DNA of 64,000 bases from an uncultured bacterium (GTDB taxonomy: Bacteria; Planctomycetota; UBA1135; GCA-002686595): contig CALSNU010000001.1 in the NCBI GenBank assembly GCA_943787795.1, positions 928,001 through 992,000 on the forward strand, written 5' to 3'. The position numbers and the translations under genes were made by a program. The stretch's first letter is position 1. Each line of letters opens with the position of its first letter. Below the pieces are notes generated by a model that saw nothing but the letters and a program-made list of their open reading frames with translations, did no database searches and was not told the origin of the DNA. Below are positions 1 to 9,595 of the stretch, piece after piece.

Positions 1-2
1 CG

Positions 3-869
3 CTCCGGCAGACCCGCAACACGGCGGTTGAGCGGGGCGCGCCGGCGCGGATTCTGATCGACCACAGCCGGGCGACGGTGCGCTCCGAGGCGTTCGCGGT
101 GGCGGGGACCTGGCGCTTCGAGGATCAGGCGCTCGCGGGAGCCCGCGGGGTGAACGGCGTGGCGGACGGGTTCCCCGGGGCCTTCCTCGCGGAGGATGGA
201 TATGTCGGCCGGGCGCTGGACCTGGACCTCGGTCCGCGCGGGGCGAAGGTCCAGATTGACCTCAGCTCGGACCCCATCTTTGACCTGGCTTCGGGCTTTC
301 GGCTCTCGGCCGTGCTCCGACCCGCAGCGTTCGTGGACGCGGACGTGATCGACCTCGGCAAGGTGGTCCGGGTCAAGGCGCGCAGCGACGGGTCGGTGAC
401 CTTCGAGCTCACGACCCAGCGCGATGACGGGCTGGGTCGCGCCGTGAAGGGAGAGACCATCACTCTTCAGTCTGGCGGCGGCGTTCTCGAGCCGGGCCAC
501 TGGACGCAGCTCGAGCTGCGCTACGACCGACGGCGCGTCGTGGCGCTCGCCGACGGTGTGCCGGTCGCAGAGCGGGCGGAGTCGCGACCGATCTGGAGGT
601 TGGAGGGCGGCCTCGTGCTCGGCGGCGGGCGTCGCAGGTTCGCGGGGTGCGTGGACGATGTGGTGCTCTCGGTCATCACGGTGGGGGACGAGGTGGTCCT
701 GCCGAAGAGCGCAGAGTTCGTCGCGAACGGTCCGACAGAGGTGCGGTTCGATGAGAGCGGCGCCCTCGATCCCGTGTTTCACGCGGGGCCTGTCGGCATC
801 GAGTTGATCTTCGACGACGGCCGCTCAGAGCTGATCACGGTACGGGCGCTTGGGACGGTGGACGCATGA
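3..869 (+). CDS. GspH/FimT-like minor pseudopilin with LamG (concanavalin A-like) domain; 5' end outside the window
   Basis: The frame is open from base 3 (LRQTRNTAVERGAPARILID), resembling the FimT/GspH helix. LamG-type motifs follow (GTWRFED, GHWTQLELRYD, LVLGGGRRRFAGCVDDV), then a GspH-like 'VRFDESGAL' near the end. The stop overlaps the next start. Confidence 0.65.
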   Translation, partial: LRQTRNTAVERGAPARILIDHSRATVRSEAFAVAGTWRFEDQALAGARGVNGVADGFPGAFLAEDGYVGRALDLDLGPRGAKVQIDLSSDPIFDLASGFRLSAVLRPAAFVDADVIDLGKVVRVKARSDGSVTFELTTQRDDGLGRAVKGETITLQSGGGVLEPGHWTQLELRYDRRRVVALADGVPVAERAESRPIWRLEGGLVLGGGRRRFAGCVDDVVLSVITVGDEVVLPKSAEFVANGPTEVRFDESGALDPVFHAGPVGIELIFDDGRSELITVRALGTVDA

Positions 870-3800
870 TGACTCCTATCTCGCGAGGCCGCGCGGAGCA
901 GGGCTTCGTGCTCGTGCTGGTGCTCTTCATCTTGCTGGGGCTCTTTGCGCTCACGGCGCCGTTCCTGGCGACGGCGCGCAACGCGGACGCGGCGAGTGAA
1001 TTCGAGAAGAACGACGTGCAGCTGCGCCTCGCGCTGGATGCCGCGGGGCGCCACGCGCGCATCAACCTCGACGAGACCCACCCTGCGCTCGACCCGACCC
1101 CGTACTACGACGGGGTCGATGAGATTGAGGTCTCCATGGACTTCCCCACGGACGTCTTCAACCCGGCCGACCCGAACGGCGTGGGGTTCGGTCTGGACGT
1201 CGTGGACGTGGCGGGGCTCGTGGACCTCAACAGCGCATCGCCCCACGTGCTCGGCAACCTGCTCGGTCAGGTCGCGCGCCTCGGCGCGCCCACGAGCGGA
1301 GGCGGTGACTCGCTGACCCTCGCCGGGGGCACGGAGTTCGCCCCCGGGACCGTGATCTCGGTGGATGGCGAGCTGATCCGACTCGCGGAGCCGGACAAGG
1401 AGGAGGAGGGCGCTCAGCTCGTCTCCGAGCGTGGTCTCGGCACCGTGCAGGACGACGAGGGGACCTGGCAGTCCACGGGGCCGCGACCCCCCTCGACCCA
1501 CGGCGTGGGCGCCGCGGTGCTCGGCCAGCAGGCCTTCGCGCCGGCCATCTGGCGGACCCTGTCTGCGGACGGCGAGCCCCAGTCCATCTCGACCTTGGAT
1601 GAGATCCGCGCGGCGGATCAGTTCGCCCTCTCGGGCGGCTTCGACGAGGCCTCGCTGCTGCTCTTGCGGAGGACGGCCACGGCCTTCGGCGGGCTGGGGG
1701 CTGGCCCGGTATGGCAACGCCCGACGCGCCTCATCGGCCCGCTGCAGGCGGGCCTCGCCCTGTCCTTCCGTCCCGCGCAGGGGCGCTGGATGGGGGTGGG
1801 CAGCACCGTGCGGATCTCGGACGGCGTCAACAGCGAGCTGCGCGTCATCATCCAGCGAGGCCGGGACGGGCGGGTCTACATGGACCGCGTGCTGGACAAC
1901 GACTACGAGGCGTTCCTCACCACCGTGGAGGTCCTCGCCCGTCGGCCGGTCAACATCAACACCGCGCCCCGCGAGGTGCTGGTGGCCCTGTTCACCAACC
2001 TGACGCTCTTCGGACAGAACCACCGCATCGACGAGCGCGAGGCCCGCAGCCTTGCGGCGACGGTCATGGAGTCCCGCCCCTTCACCGGGATGCGTGACTT
2101 CGCCGAGCGGCTCGTGCTGCCTGCGGGGGGCATCGACGTGCTCCCGAGTGACGCGCCGACGATCCCCACGGCCTTCGATGGCGACGGATCGATCCTGGAT
2201 GATCCCCGGGACGCGGCGGCGCTCTTCATGAACGGGCTCAACGCGAACGACGCCCGGCTGGGCTTCGCGACCATGCCCTTCAGCTTCACCTCCCGACAGG
2301 TCTTTGAGCTGGAGCTCCGCGCCAACGTCAGCGCCGAGAGCGGGATCGCGCGGGCCAGCGGCGCTCGCGATCGCCTCGAGCTCGTGGTCCCGCAGGTGGA
2401 GGAGCTGCTCACGGTCATCGCGCGCCAGGAGGACTTCGAGGACCAGTTCCGGCTGACTCGCGCCGCGCCGTTCTGGCTCACGGGTCCGGAGACCACCGGC
2501 CGCTTCGACGGGGGCGTCACGCCGCCCTCGCGGCTGATTCCGAACCTCGGGACGCTCGAGGGGCAGAGCTACATCCCGGGGATCAGCGAGCCCGTGGTGG
2601 ACGGCGACGGCAACCCCGTGCCGCCGGTGCGCACCTTCGCCTCGCGGGAGGAGGACGGCTTCGTGCAGCTGGACCCGATCCGGGTCGAGGAGACCCAGTT
2701 CACGGCCGGGCGGATGATGCACTTCGACCAGGAGAGCCGCACCCTGGAGGGCCGTTACCTGCCCGACGAGACGATCACGCTGGACACCACCGCGGAGATG
2801 GTGAGCTGGACGGGCCGCCTGGCGCCGGACGTGCTCGCGCCCTTCAACGTCTCCATGTGGATCCGGCCCGAGAGCGGCGGCGACGGGACGCTGGTGTCCG
2901 TGGGCGACCGCACCGAGGCCTCGGACCGCGTGGTGCTGGGGATGTCCGGCGACAACCTCGTGCTCCGCGTGCTCGACGGGATGGGGGACCACCGGGACAC
3001 GGCGTTCAAGGAGATCTCCGAGCTCCGGTACCCGATCGGGAGCGGGGCAGGGATCCCCGGTCTCCCCATCGGCGTCTGGAGTCACGTCTCCGTGGATGTC
3101 CGCGGGAATCGTCCGGACCAGATGAGCATGCTGGTCAACGGCAACGCCACCGGGGTGGAGCGCCTCGGGATGACGCGGCTCACGGCCTCGATGGGAACCG
3201 GCGACGGCACGATCTTCGTGGAGTCCACCGAGGGCTTCCCGCCGGTCTGCGCCCTGCGCATCGGGAACGAGATCATCGAGGCCACCGTGGCCAGCGAGAC
3301 CTCCTTCCTCGTCCAGCACGAGTTCGTCGGGCCCAACGCGGGCTTTGGCGGCCGGCTCTCCCGGGTCCGCTTCGATGTGGAGGGGTCGGACTCGGCGACG
3401 CCGATCGCCGAGGCGGCGGCGGTGATCACCGGGAGCTACGTGGCGGGGACGCCGGTGGTTCACTACGGGTACAGCCTGCCGCTCCTGCGGAACGTGCCCT
3501 CGGGCCAGTCCGTCCTCGCTGGAGCGCTGGGGCCGTTCAGGGTTGGCAAGGCCGTCGGGCTGCCCGGTGACAACACGCTTGAGCCGATCCAGGTCCAGGG
3601 CCCCTTCGGCCCGATCACCGTCGGTCGCGGCTGGGGTCCCGAGGTCCTCGGCGCGCTGACGCTCGCCCTTGGCGATGCGCCGGAGGCTGACCCGAACGGG
3701 ACGGACCTGATGGCGGGCTTCAACCCCAACGGCGGCTACGCGATCCTCTCGGGCCCGAGGCTCGGTCCCGTCAACGGCCTCGACCCCAATAGCCCCGATG

Positions 3801-6100
3801 GGGCCACCGTCGGGGGGATGGAGGTCATCCGATACTCGGGCTTCTCCGGCAACCAGCTGCAGGTGGTGGCGCGCAACGTCGAGCTCCAGCGGATCAGCGA
3901 GCAGGAAGAGCCGGACGGGAATCTCGGTGGGGCGCACGCGTTCATCTTCTCCTGGGACCTGCAGATCCTCGTCGGCGGCGCGTCGGGCACCGCCTTCGAT
4001 GGGGATGAGCTGCTCCAGATGTCGACGTTCTGCTACCCGATATCGATCGGCGTACCTGGAGTCTCTGCCCTGAGCTTCGCCGAGCCGACCACCGGGATCT
4101 CACAGTTCGCGCAGATCACGCGGCTCGACGACGGCGAGCAGACGGAGTGGGTGCGCTACGACGAGATCGACCTCGCGGCGTCTCAGCTCGTGCGCTCGGA
4201 TCCGGGGACGCTCCAGCGGGTGCACGGCATGCTCCACTCCCTCGGTGATGCCGAGGTTCAGGGAGCTGGCGGCGGCGGTGGAGGCGGCGGCGGAGGCGGC
4301 GGCGGCGGCGCGCCGGGTTCCGGCGGTGGGGGCGGCCTCGGCGGCGCAGGCGCAGGAACCAGCGTTGGCATGGGGGACGCTGTGGGCGCGGTCGACGGGG
4401 CCGCGGCTCCCTCTTCCCCCTCTGCCATGGTGGTCGCCATGTCGACCCCTGAAGGGGTCGTGGCCTCGGCGGCGGGCACGGACTGGGACCCCAGCCGAGG
4501 CGAGGACCCGAACGGCGACTTCCCGCTCTCCAGGGCTGTGGCCAGCACGCTCAACTTCCGCGGCGCCCTGGGCACCAGCATCGGGACCCATCCGGCCGGC
4601 GCGCCGGTCTTGCCTGTGGTTCAGTTCAACGTCCCTGACCTCGCCTTCGAGCGGGGCCGGCCGGGCGCGAAGGACCCGGTGTTCATCGTCAACGGAGACC
4701 TCGGGGCCCTCGGGTATCCGTTGACGATCCATCGAGCTCACTACCCCGCGGCGGCGCGCGTGGTCCACGGCTTCGAGTCCGAGCCTGAGTCGCAGGTGGC
4801 CACAGAGATCGCCTCCAGCTTCGAGCCCCAGGTCGGCATCTTCGTGGGCAACGCGTGCTACGTCGCGTTCGAGGGGCCGGTCCTGACCCCGACGAGCCCG
4901 GGGGCGGCGGGCGTCACCGGGGGGGTCATCAGCGATCCCCGTTACCTGGGTCGCATGGTGAAGTTCCCGAGCGGCGAGATGCCTCGGTCTGGCCGGACCA
5001 TGACCGTCGGCGCTGGCGCCAGCGGCCTCGCGGACTTCGGGGTCGCCTCGGTGACCGTGGACGAGATCGCCTTCGGGAGCCCGGTGGCCAACGCCGGCTG
5101 GGGCGGTTCACAGCCCGCAGTTCACGCCGCGGGTGGAGCGCTGCTGCTCTCGGCGCGCGTCGGCGAGACCGATCAGTCGCTCCAGATCCAGGAGAACGTC
5201 GTCCGCACGTCGAGCGGCCTCGTGGGGCAGCAGGGCTCGCCCCTCGGCGCGTTCCCTGACAGCGGGGGGCTCGTGGCCGTGGGCGAGGAGATCATCGCGT
5301 TCACCGCGGCGGCTGCGGGGAGCGGCTCCATCACGGTGGCCCCTGGGGGGCGCGGCATGCTCGGGACGAGGCCCCAGACCCACGAGATCACCGAGGCGGT
5401 GCACTGGCTTGAGGGCTGGCGATGCGCCGCGCTCGCGGGCTCGATCTCGCCCGGGGACGCCGTGATTCCGCTCACCTCCACCGAAGGGTTCCCGACCGAG
5501 GGGACGGCACTCATCGGCTCCGAGCTCATCCACTGGACGAGGGTCCAGGGGGGAGCGCTGGTCATGCCGCGGACTGCGGACGACGACGGGGAGGACGACG
5601 GGATCGGACCCGGCGCCTTCCGCGGGCGCTTCGGGACGCTCCCCGGCGGGCACGCCTCAGGTACTCCGGTCATCCTGTTCCCGTGCCGCTACTGGGACCG
5701 CTACGCGCCCCGCTTCGACGGGCCGGAGCTGGGCTACTTTGGACTCCACGTCGACCAGCCTGGGGCCTGGTGGTCGGGGGTGACCTGGCAAGGTGAGGAG
5801 CCCGGACTGGGCGGCGTGGAGCTAGTCGTGCTTCAGCGCGGCTCCGACGTCCCCTGGGACGCTGACCCCGAGGAAGTCGAAGGGCTCCTGCTCATGGAGG
5901 ATGGGACCGAGGCGGACGGCCTGATCCCGCTCGGACTGCAGGCCGACCGATTGGAGTGGCGTGTGTTCGCCAGGTACAGCCAGGGAGCGTTCGACCCTGA
6001 GTTCGGTATTCAGCACGGCTGGAAGCAGACCCCCCGCTTTGACTTGCTGGGGGTGACCTACTCGGCTCCGGGACGTGTGATGAGGAGCACGGATCGATGA
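866..6100 (+). CDS. Giant GspK/PilX-like minor pseudopilin (1744 aa) with LamG domain and repeated beta-modules
   Basis: Type III signal without E5 (RAEQG|FVLVLVLFILL). GspK-type motifs GLVDLNSA and PVNINTAPREVL. LamG-like segment (VSMWIRP...GVWSHVSV). Poly-Gly linker at about 4262-4350. Confidence 0.7.
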   Translation: MMTPISRGRAEQGFVLVLVLFILLGLFALTAPFLATARNADAASEFEKNDVQLRLALDAAGRHARINLDETHPALDPTPYYDGVDEIEVSMDFPTDVFNPADPNGVGFGLDVVDVAGLVDLNSASPHVLGNLLGQVARLGAPTSGGGDSLTLAGGTEFAPGTVISVDGELIRLAEPDKEEEGAQLVSERGLGTVQDDEGTWQSTGPRPPSTHGVGAAVLGQQAFAPAIWRTLSADGEPQSISTLDEIRAADQFALSGGFDEASLLLLRRTATAFGGLGAGPVWQRPTRLIGPLQAGLALSFRPAQGRWMGVGSTVRISDGVNSELRVIIQRGRDGRVYMDRVLDNDYEAFLTTVEVLARRPVNINTAPREVLVALFTNLTLFGQNHRIDEREARSLAATVMESRPFTGMRDFAERLVLPAGGIDVLPSDAPTIPTAFDGDGSILDDPRDAAALFMNGLNANDARLGFATMPFSFTSRQVFELELRANVSAESGIARASGARDRLELVVPQVEELLTVIARQEDFEDQFRLTRAAPFWLTGPETTGRFDGGVTPPSRLIPNLGTLEGQSYIPGISEPVVDGDGNPVPPVRTFASREEDGFVQLDPIRVEETQFTAGRMMHFDQESRTLEGRYLPDETITLDTTAEMVSWTGRLAPDVLAPFNVSMWIRPESGGDGTLVSVGDRTEASDRVVLGMSGDNLVLRVLDGMGDHRDTAFKEISELRYPIGSGAGIPGLPIGVWSHVSVDVRGNRPDQMSMLVNGNATGVERLGMTRLTASMGTGDGTIFVESTEGFPPVCALRIGNEIIEATVASETSFLVQHEFVGPNAGFGGRLSRVRFDVEGSDSATPIAEAAAVITGSYVAGTPVVHYGYSLPLLRNVPSGQSVLAGALGPFRVGKAVGLPGDNTLEPIQVQGPFGPITVGRGWGPEVLGALTLALGDAPEADPNGTDLMAGFNPNGGYAILSGPRLGPVNGLDPNSPDGATVGGMEVIRYSGFSGNQLQVVARNVELQRISEQEEPDGNLGGAHAFIFSWDLQILVGGASGTAFDGDELLQMSTFCYPISIGVPGVSALSFAEPTTGISQFAQITRLDDGEQTEWVRYDEIDLAASQLVRSDPGTLQRVHGMLHSLGDAEVQGAGGGGGGGGGGGGGGAPGSGGGGGLGGAGAGTSVGMGDAVGAVDGAAAPSSPSAMVVAMSTPEGVVASAAGTDWDPSRGEDPNGDFPLSRAVASTLNFRGALGTSIGTHPAGAPVLPVVQFNVPDLAFERGRPGAKDPVFIVNGDLGALGYPLTIHRAHYPAAARVVHGFESEPESQVATEIASSFEPQVGIFVGNACYVAFEGPVLTPTSPGAAGVTGGVISDPRYLGRMVKFPSGEMPRSGRTMTVGAGASGLADFGVASVTVDEIAFGSPVANAGWGGSQPAVHAAGGALLLSARVGETDQSLQIQENVVRTSSGLVGQQGSPLGAFPDSGGLVAVGEEIIAFTAAAAGSGSITVAPGGRGMLGTRPQTHEITEAVHWLEGWRCAALAGSISPGDAVIPLTSTEGFPTEGTALIGSELIHWTRVQGGALVMPRTADDDGEDDGIGPGAFRGRFGTLPGGHASGTPVILFPCRYWDRYAPRFDGPELGYFGLHVDQPGAWWSGVTWQGEEPGLGGVELVVLQRGSDVPWDADPEEVEGLLLMEDGTEADGLIPLGLQADRLEWRVFARYSQGAFDPEFGIQHGWKQTPRFDLLGVTYSAPGRVMRSTDR

Positions 6101-7350
6101 GGTCGGCCGCCCGTTCAGTCCGCGCCGGGGTCACCCTGGTGGAGCTCCTCTTGGCCACCGGGCTCGCGGCCATCGTGGTCACCGCCACGGTCTCCATCGT
6201 GGATACCACGCTCTCCATGTGGACGCGCGGCGAGACGGTGAGGCAAGCCAGGGAGGAGGGGGTCGCGGTGCTCTCGCTCCTGGGGAACGACCTGCGTCAG
6301 CTTCACGGCGGCGAGCAGGGCGACCTGCTGGTGGACTGGGAGGTCTTCGACGTCGAACGCGACGGGGTGGTGGAGCGATACCTCCCGCGGGTCCGCTTCG
6401 TGCGGGACGCCGCGGCGAGTGAAGTGGCGCGCGTCGAGCGCCGTCGGCTCGCCACCGAGGCCCGCGCGGAGCGCGACCGGATCGCCCTGGCGCTGGGTGA
6501 TGACGCGAAGGAGATGGACGAGGCACTCGCCGAATCCGAGCTCCTCAAGGTGGCCGGGGTCAGCGCGGAGGAGGCGTCCTTGGGGCTCCTGGGAGCGCCC
6601 GACCTGCGGGCGTCGCGCCTGGTGGAGGTCCTTTACGCCGTCGTGCCCGAGGGGCGCGAGGGAGACCGCCGCTACACGGGGGTGCTCTACCGCGGCGAGC
6701 GCATCCACACGCCGGACACTCCGCCGGTGTTGCTCTCGGACTCCGCCTTCGATCGGAGCGGGATCCCGGACCTCTCTCTGGCCCGCGAGGTGGCGCGCGG
6801 CGTGCTCTGGATGCGGCCATTGATGGCGACCCAGACCTCCCGGCTAACACCCGGCGAGGACGGCAAGAGCGGCTGGAGCACCGAGCGCAACCCCGCGGGC
6901 GCGGCCACCTCGTGGGACGCGTGGCGCCTTGGGAGGCCGGACCCCGATCTCACGGTCTGGAACGAACCGGCGGCGGGCATGCCCCGCGCGGGCGTCCGTC
7001 CGCTCCTCCCCAGACGTTTTCGAATCGAGCTCGAGATCCAGCGTCCCGGGGACTTCGACAGGGCTCCGCGCCTGCTTGAGTCCGTGGACGAGACCGCCGA
7101 GTTCTTCACCGTCACCAACGGCGACGCCCTGCGACCGGCGGTGGGCGGATACGTGCTCGTGGCGGGAGAGTGGATGGAACTCAAGCGAGTGGTCGGAGAC
7201 CGCGCCGTGGTCCGGCGTGCGGCCCGGGGCACCGCGAGGCGCCGGCTCCCCCTGGAGTCCCGCGTGCTCTTCGGACAGCCGATCGACATGGACCTGCCCA
7301 TCGCGCTCCATGAGGACAACTGGAGGCTCTCGAGCAACCCAGACCGATGA
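6097..7350 (+). CDS. GspJ/PulJ-like prepilin-type N-terminal cleavage/methylation protein
   Basis: RAG|VTLVELLLA prepilin motif, 'LGNDLRQL' helix and 'LPRRFRIELEI' GspJ-type motif. ATGA overlap with the upstream gene. Confidence 0.75.
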   Translation: MRSAARSVRAGVTLVELLLATGLAAIVVTATVSIVDTTLSMWTRGETVRQAREEGVAVLSLLGNDLRQLHGGEQGDLLVDWEVFDVERDGVVERYLPRVRFVRDAAASEVARVERRRLATEARAERDRIALALGDDAKEMDEALAESELLKVAGVSAEEASLGLLGAPDLRASRLVEVLYAVVPEGREGDRRYTGVLYRGERIHTPDTPPVLLSDSAFDRSGIPDLSLAREVARGVLWMRPLMATQTSRLTPGEDGKSGWSTERNPAGAATSWDAWRLGRPDPDLTVWNEPAAGMPRAGVRPLLPRRFRIELEIQRPGDFDRAPRLLESVDETAEFFTVTNGDALRPAVGGYVLVAGEWMELKRVVGDRAVVRRAARGTARRRLPLESRVLFGQPIDMDLPIALHEDNWRLSSNPDR

Positions 7351-7817
7351 AGAGCTCTCCTACGACCCCGCGGACCCCGCGCTCAGGCTTCACCCTGCTC
7401 GAGGTCATCCTCTCCGCCAGCCTCCTCGCGGCCGGGATGTCGATGATCCTTGGCGTCTTCAACTTTGGAGCGGCGGTCGTCCGCAACGCGGAGCTTCGCT
7501 CGCTCTCCGCGTCCTCGGTGGAGGCCCTGATCAACGACCTGGAGGAGAACCTCTTCGAGCTCCGGGCCGACGGCTCGGTGGGCGAGCCCGCGCTGATCGT
7601 GGACCGTCCGGTCCCCGGCCGAACCGGGGTGCGCTACACGGTTGATGCGACGCCGAACACCGCCATGTTGGACGCGCAGGGGTTGCCCCGCGAGTACGTG
7701 GTAGAGATCTCCGTCAGCTGGTCCGCCTCGGGCGTTCGGCGTGCGGCGCGCTGGTCGACGATCATGCTGCGCGAGGTCCCCTTCGGCGCGCGCATGCGCC
7801 GCCGCTTCATCCGCTGA
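7347..7817 (+). CDS. GspI/PilV-like minor pseudopilin
   Basis: RSG|FTLLEVILS prepilin motif and C-terminal 'VEISVSW'; 156 aa; coupled to the upstream gene. Confidence 0.8.
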   Translation: MKSSPTTPRTPRSGFTLLEVILSASLLAAGMSMILGVFNFGAAVVRNAELRSLSASSVEALINDLEENLFELRADGSVGEPALIVDRPVPGRTGVRYTVDATPNTAMLDAQGLPREYVVEISVSWSASGVRRAARWSTIMLREVPFGARMRRRFIR

Positions 7818-7823
7818 GGGGGA

Positions 7824-7864
7824 CTCAGCCCCGCCCAGCTCAGTCCCGCCCAGCTCAGTCCCGT
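7824..7864. repeat. 15-bp tandem repeat (ctcagtcccgcccag), about 2.7 copies
   Basis: Directly visible just after the gspI-like stop codon. Confidence 0.8.
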
Positions 7865-7948
7865 ATACCACCCACACGCACGGCAACTTCCCGTACGCCG
7901 AGCCTGACCTACAATGCACCGGCGCCGCTGCGGCGCCTGCACCGAGAG

Positions 7949-9595
7949 ATGAGAGTTAGAAGCATGATGAACGCCAACCGAATCCGCCGGGTCGCCCTCG
8001 TGGCCTGCGTCACCTGCGTCGGGGCCACCGCTCACGTGATGGCAAGCTGGGGCCAGGAGGACGCCTCCGGGGCGCCGTCCCTCCAGGACGAGCTCTTCGC
8101 CATCCCCGCTCCGCCGGCGCCCGAGGATGTGGTCATGCTCAAGCTCCGTGACGGCCGGATCCACTGGGGCGCGATCAGCGACCATGACACCACCGGCTTC
8201 GCCTTCCAACGCCTGGACAACGGCGGGGAGGTGCGCGTGCCCTGGTCCCTGCTTGACCCGCGACAGTCGGATCAGTTCCGCATGGACTTCGGCTACGTGC
8301 AGGTTGAGGCCGAGGAGGTCTACGTCGACGCGGAGCGCTTGCTCCTCGAGGGCGGCGGCACCGTCGAGGGGGTGATCGTCTCGCGGGAAGGAGACGCCTT
8401 CCTCGTCAAGACGGACGGCAACCTCCAGATGGTCCCCAAGCGCAGGGTGCGTGGGATCGAATCGGGGGTGAGGCTCCCCGCGCTCGACGTCTACGGGCGA
8501 GAGGAGCTCTACACTCAGTTCTCATCCGAGGCCGATGAGACCTCGGCGGCCTCCCAGCTGGACCTCGCTCGCCGTTGCGAGGGGATTCTCGACTTCACCA
8601 ACGCCGTCAAGCACTACGAGGCGGCCCTCGAGCTCGGTGTCACCGGCGACGCGTCCGAGGAGGAGGGCTCCGTCGCGGGCGCTGAGACCCCTGACTACGA
8701 CCTGCCCAAGGTCGAGGGAATGCTCGCGAGCGCGCGTATCAAGGCGGACAACCAGGAGCAGATCGAGTACCTGCGGGACGCGGATCGCCTCAGGAAGCGG
8801 AAGCGGTTCGACGACTCCCTCGCGCTGCTGGAGGCCTTCCCGACCAAGTACGCCGGCAGCAGCCTGATCGGCGACGCCCGCAAGCAGCAGGTGAAGCTCC
8901 TGGCCGACCGTGACGAGGCCGCGAAGTCCGTGGTGCGCTCGCGGTGGAAGTACCACACGCGCAAGCTCACGAGGGAGGCCGCCCGAGGCGCCAACTTCGA
9001 GGTGGCCCGGACCTGGGCGACCGAGGAGGCGAGCCAGGCCATCGCGGGCCGCGTGCTGGCAGACGTTCAGGACCGCGTGACCAGCGCGGTGTCGGAGGAC
9101 GACGTGCTCCGCCTCTGGGAGGAGCGGGATCGCGGCCGGTTCGAGTCCTCCACTTATGGGCTTGGGACCTGGCTCCTGGGAGAGGATCGGGCTGGGACCA
9201 ACGGGGATGACCCCGCGGCTGCCGCCAAGAGCGCGGTCTCGGCTGTGGACGAGCAGCGCAAGGCCATTGAGGACCGCATCAAGCGCTACCTGGAGAACCA
9301 GAAGATCTCCCGCCGCAACCAGGCCTCCGATGACGAGGAGGACCTGACGCAGAAGTTCTGGGAGGAGTGGACGGTCAATGGCCGCTCGCTCTGGCTCATG
9401 TCGTACTACCTCGAGGAGTCCGGCGACTTCGAGATTCGCCCGCGGGCGAGCCTGAAGCCCTGCAAGACCTGCGGCGGCCTTGGGGCGCTTCAGCTCCTGG
9501 TCACCGGCGCCGTCCAGGCCGGGGAGACCGCCAGCGTCGCCTCGTGCCCCGTCTGCCGAGGGGTCAAGGTGACCCGCCGCATTTACTTCCGATGA
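7949..9595 (+). CDS. Exported hypothetical protein with TPR-like helices and a C-terminal CxxC/CxxC zinc-finger-like motif
   Basis: Signal-peptide-like N-terminus; C-terminal CKTCGGLG...CPVCRG (DnaJ-type CxxCxG). The start may be at 7964 or 7967. Confidence 0.75.
   Translation: MRVRSMMNANRIRRVALVACVTCVGATAHVMASWGQEDASGAPSLQDELFAIPAPPAPEDVVMLKLRDGRIHWGAISDHDTTGFAFQRLDNGGEVRVPWSLLDPRQSDQFRMDFGYVQVEAEEVYVDAERLLLEGGGTVEGVIVSREGDAFLVKTDGNLQMVPKRRVRGIESGVRLPALDVYGREELYTQFSSEADETSAASQLDLARRCEGILDFTNAVKHYEAALELGVTGDASEEEGSVAGAETPDYDLPKVEGMLASARIKADNQEQIEYLRDADRLRKRKRFDDSLALLEAFPTKYAGSSLIGDARKQQVKLLADRDEAAKSVVRSRWKYHTRKLTREAARGANFEVARTWATEEASQAIAGRVLADVQDRVTSAVSEDDVLRLWEERDRGRFESSTYGLGTWLLGEDRAGTNGDDPAAAAKSAVSAVDEQRKAIEDRIKRYLENQKISRRNQASDDEEDLTQKFWEEWTVNGRSLWLMSYYLEESGDFEIRPRASLKPCKTCGGLGALQLLVTGAVQAGETASVASCPVCRGVKVTRRIYFR

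Noticed and set aside
779..3937. Long antisense or alternate-frame ORFs (this one and e.g. 11745-14054, 17246-19801, 23944-26340, 62502-63893)
   Set aside because: These are shadow ORFs of real genes, expected at this GC content, and show no recognisable motifs.
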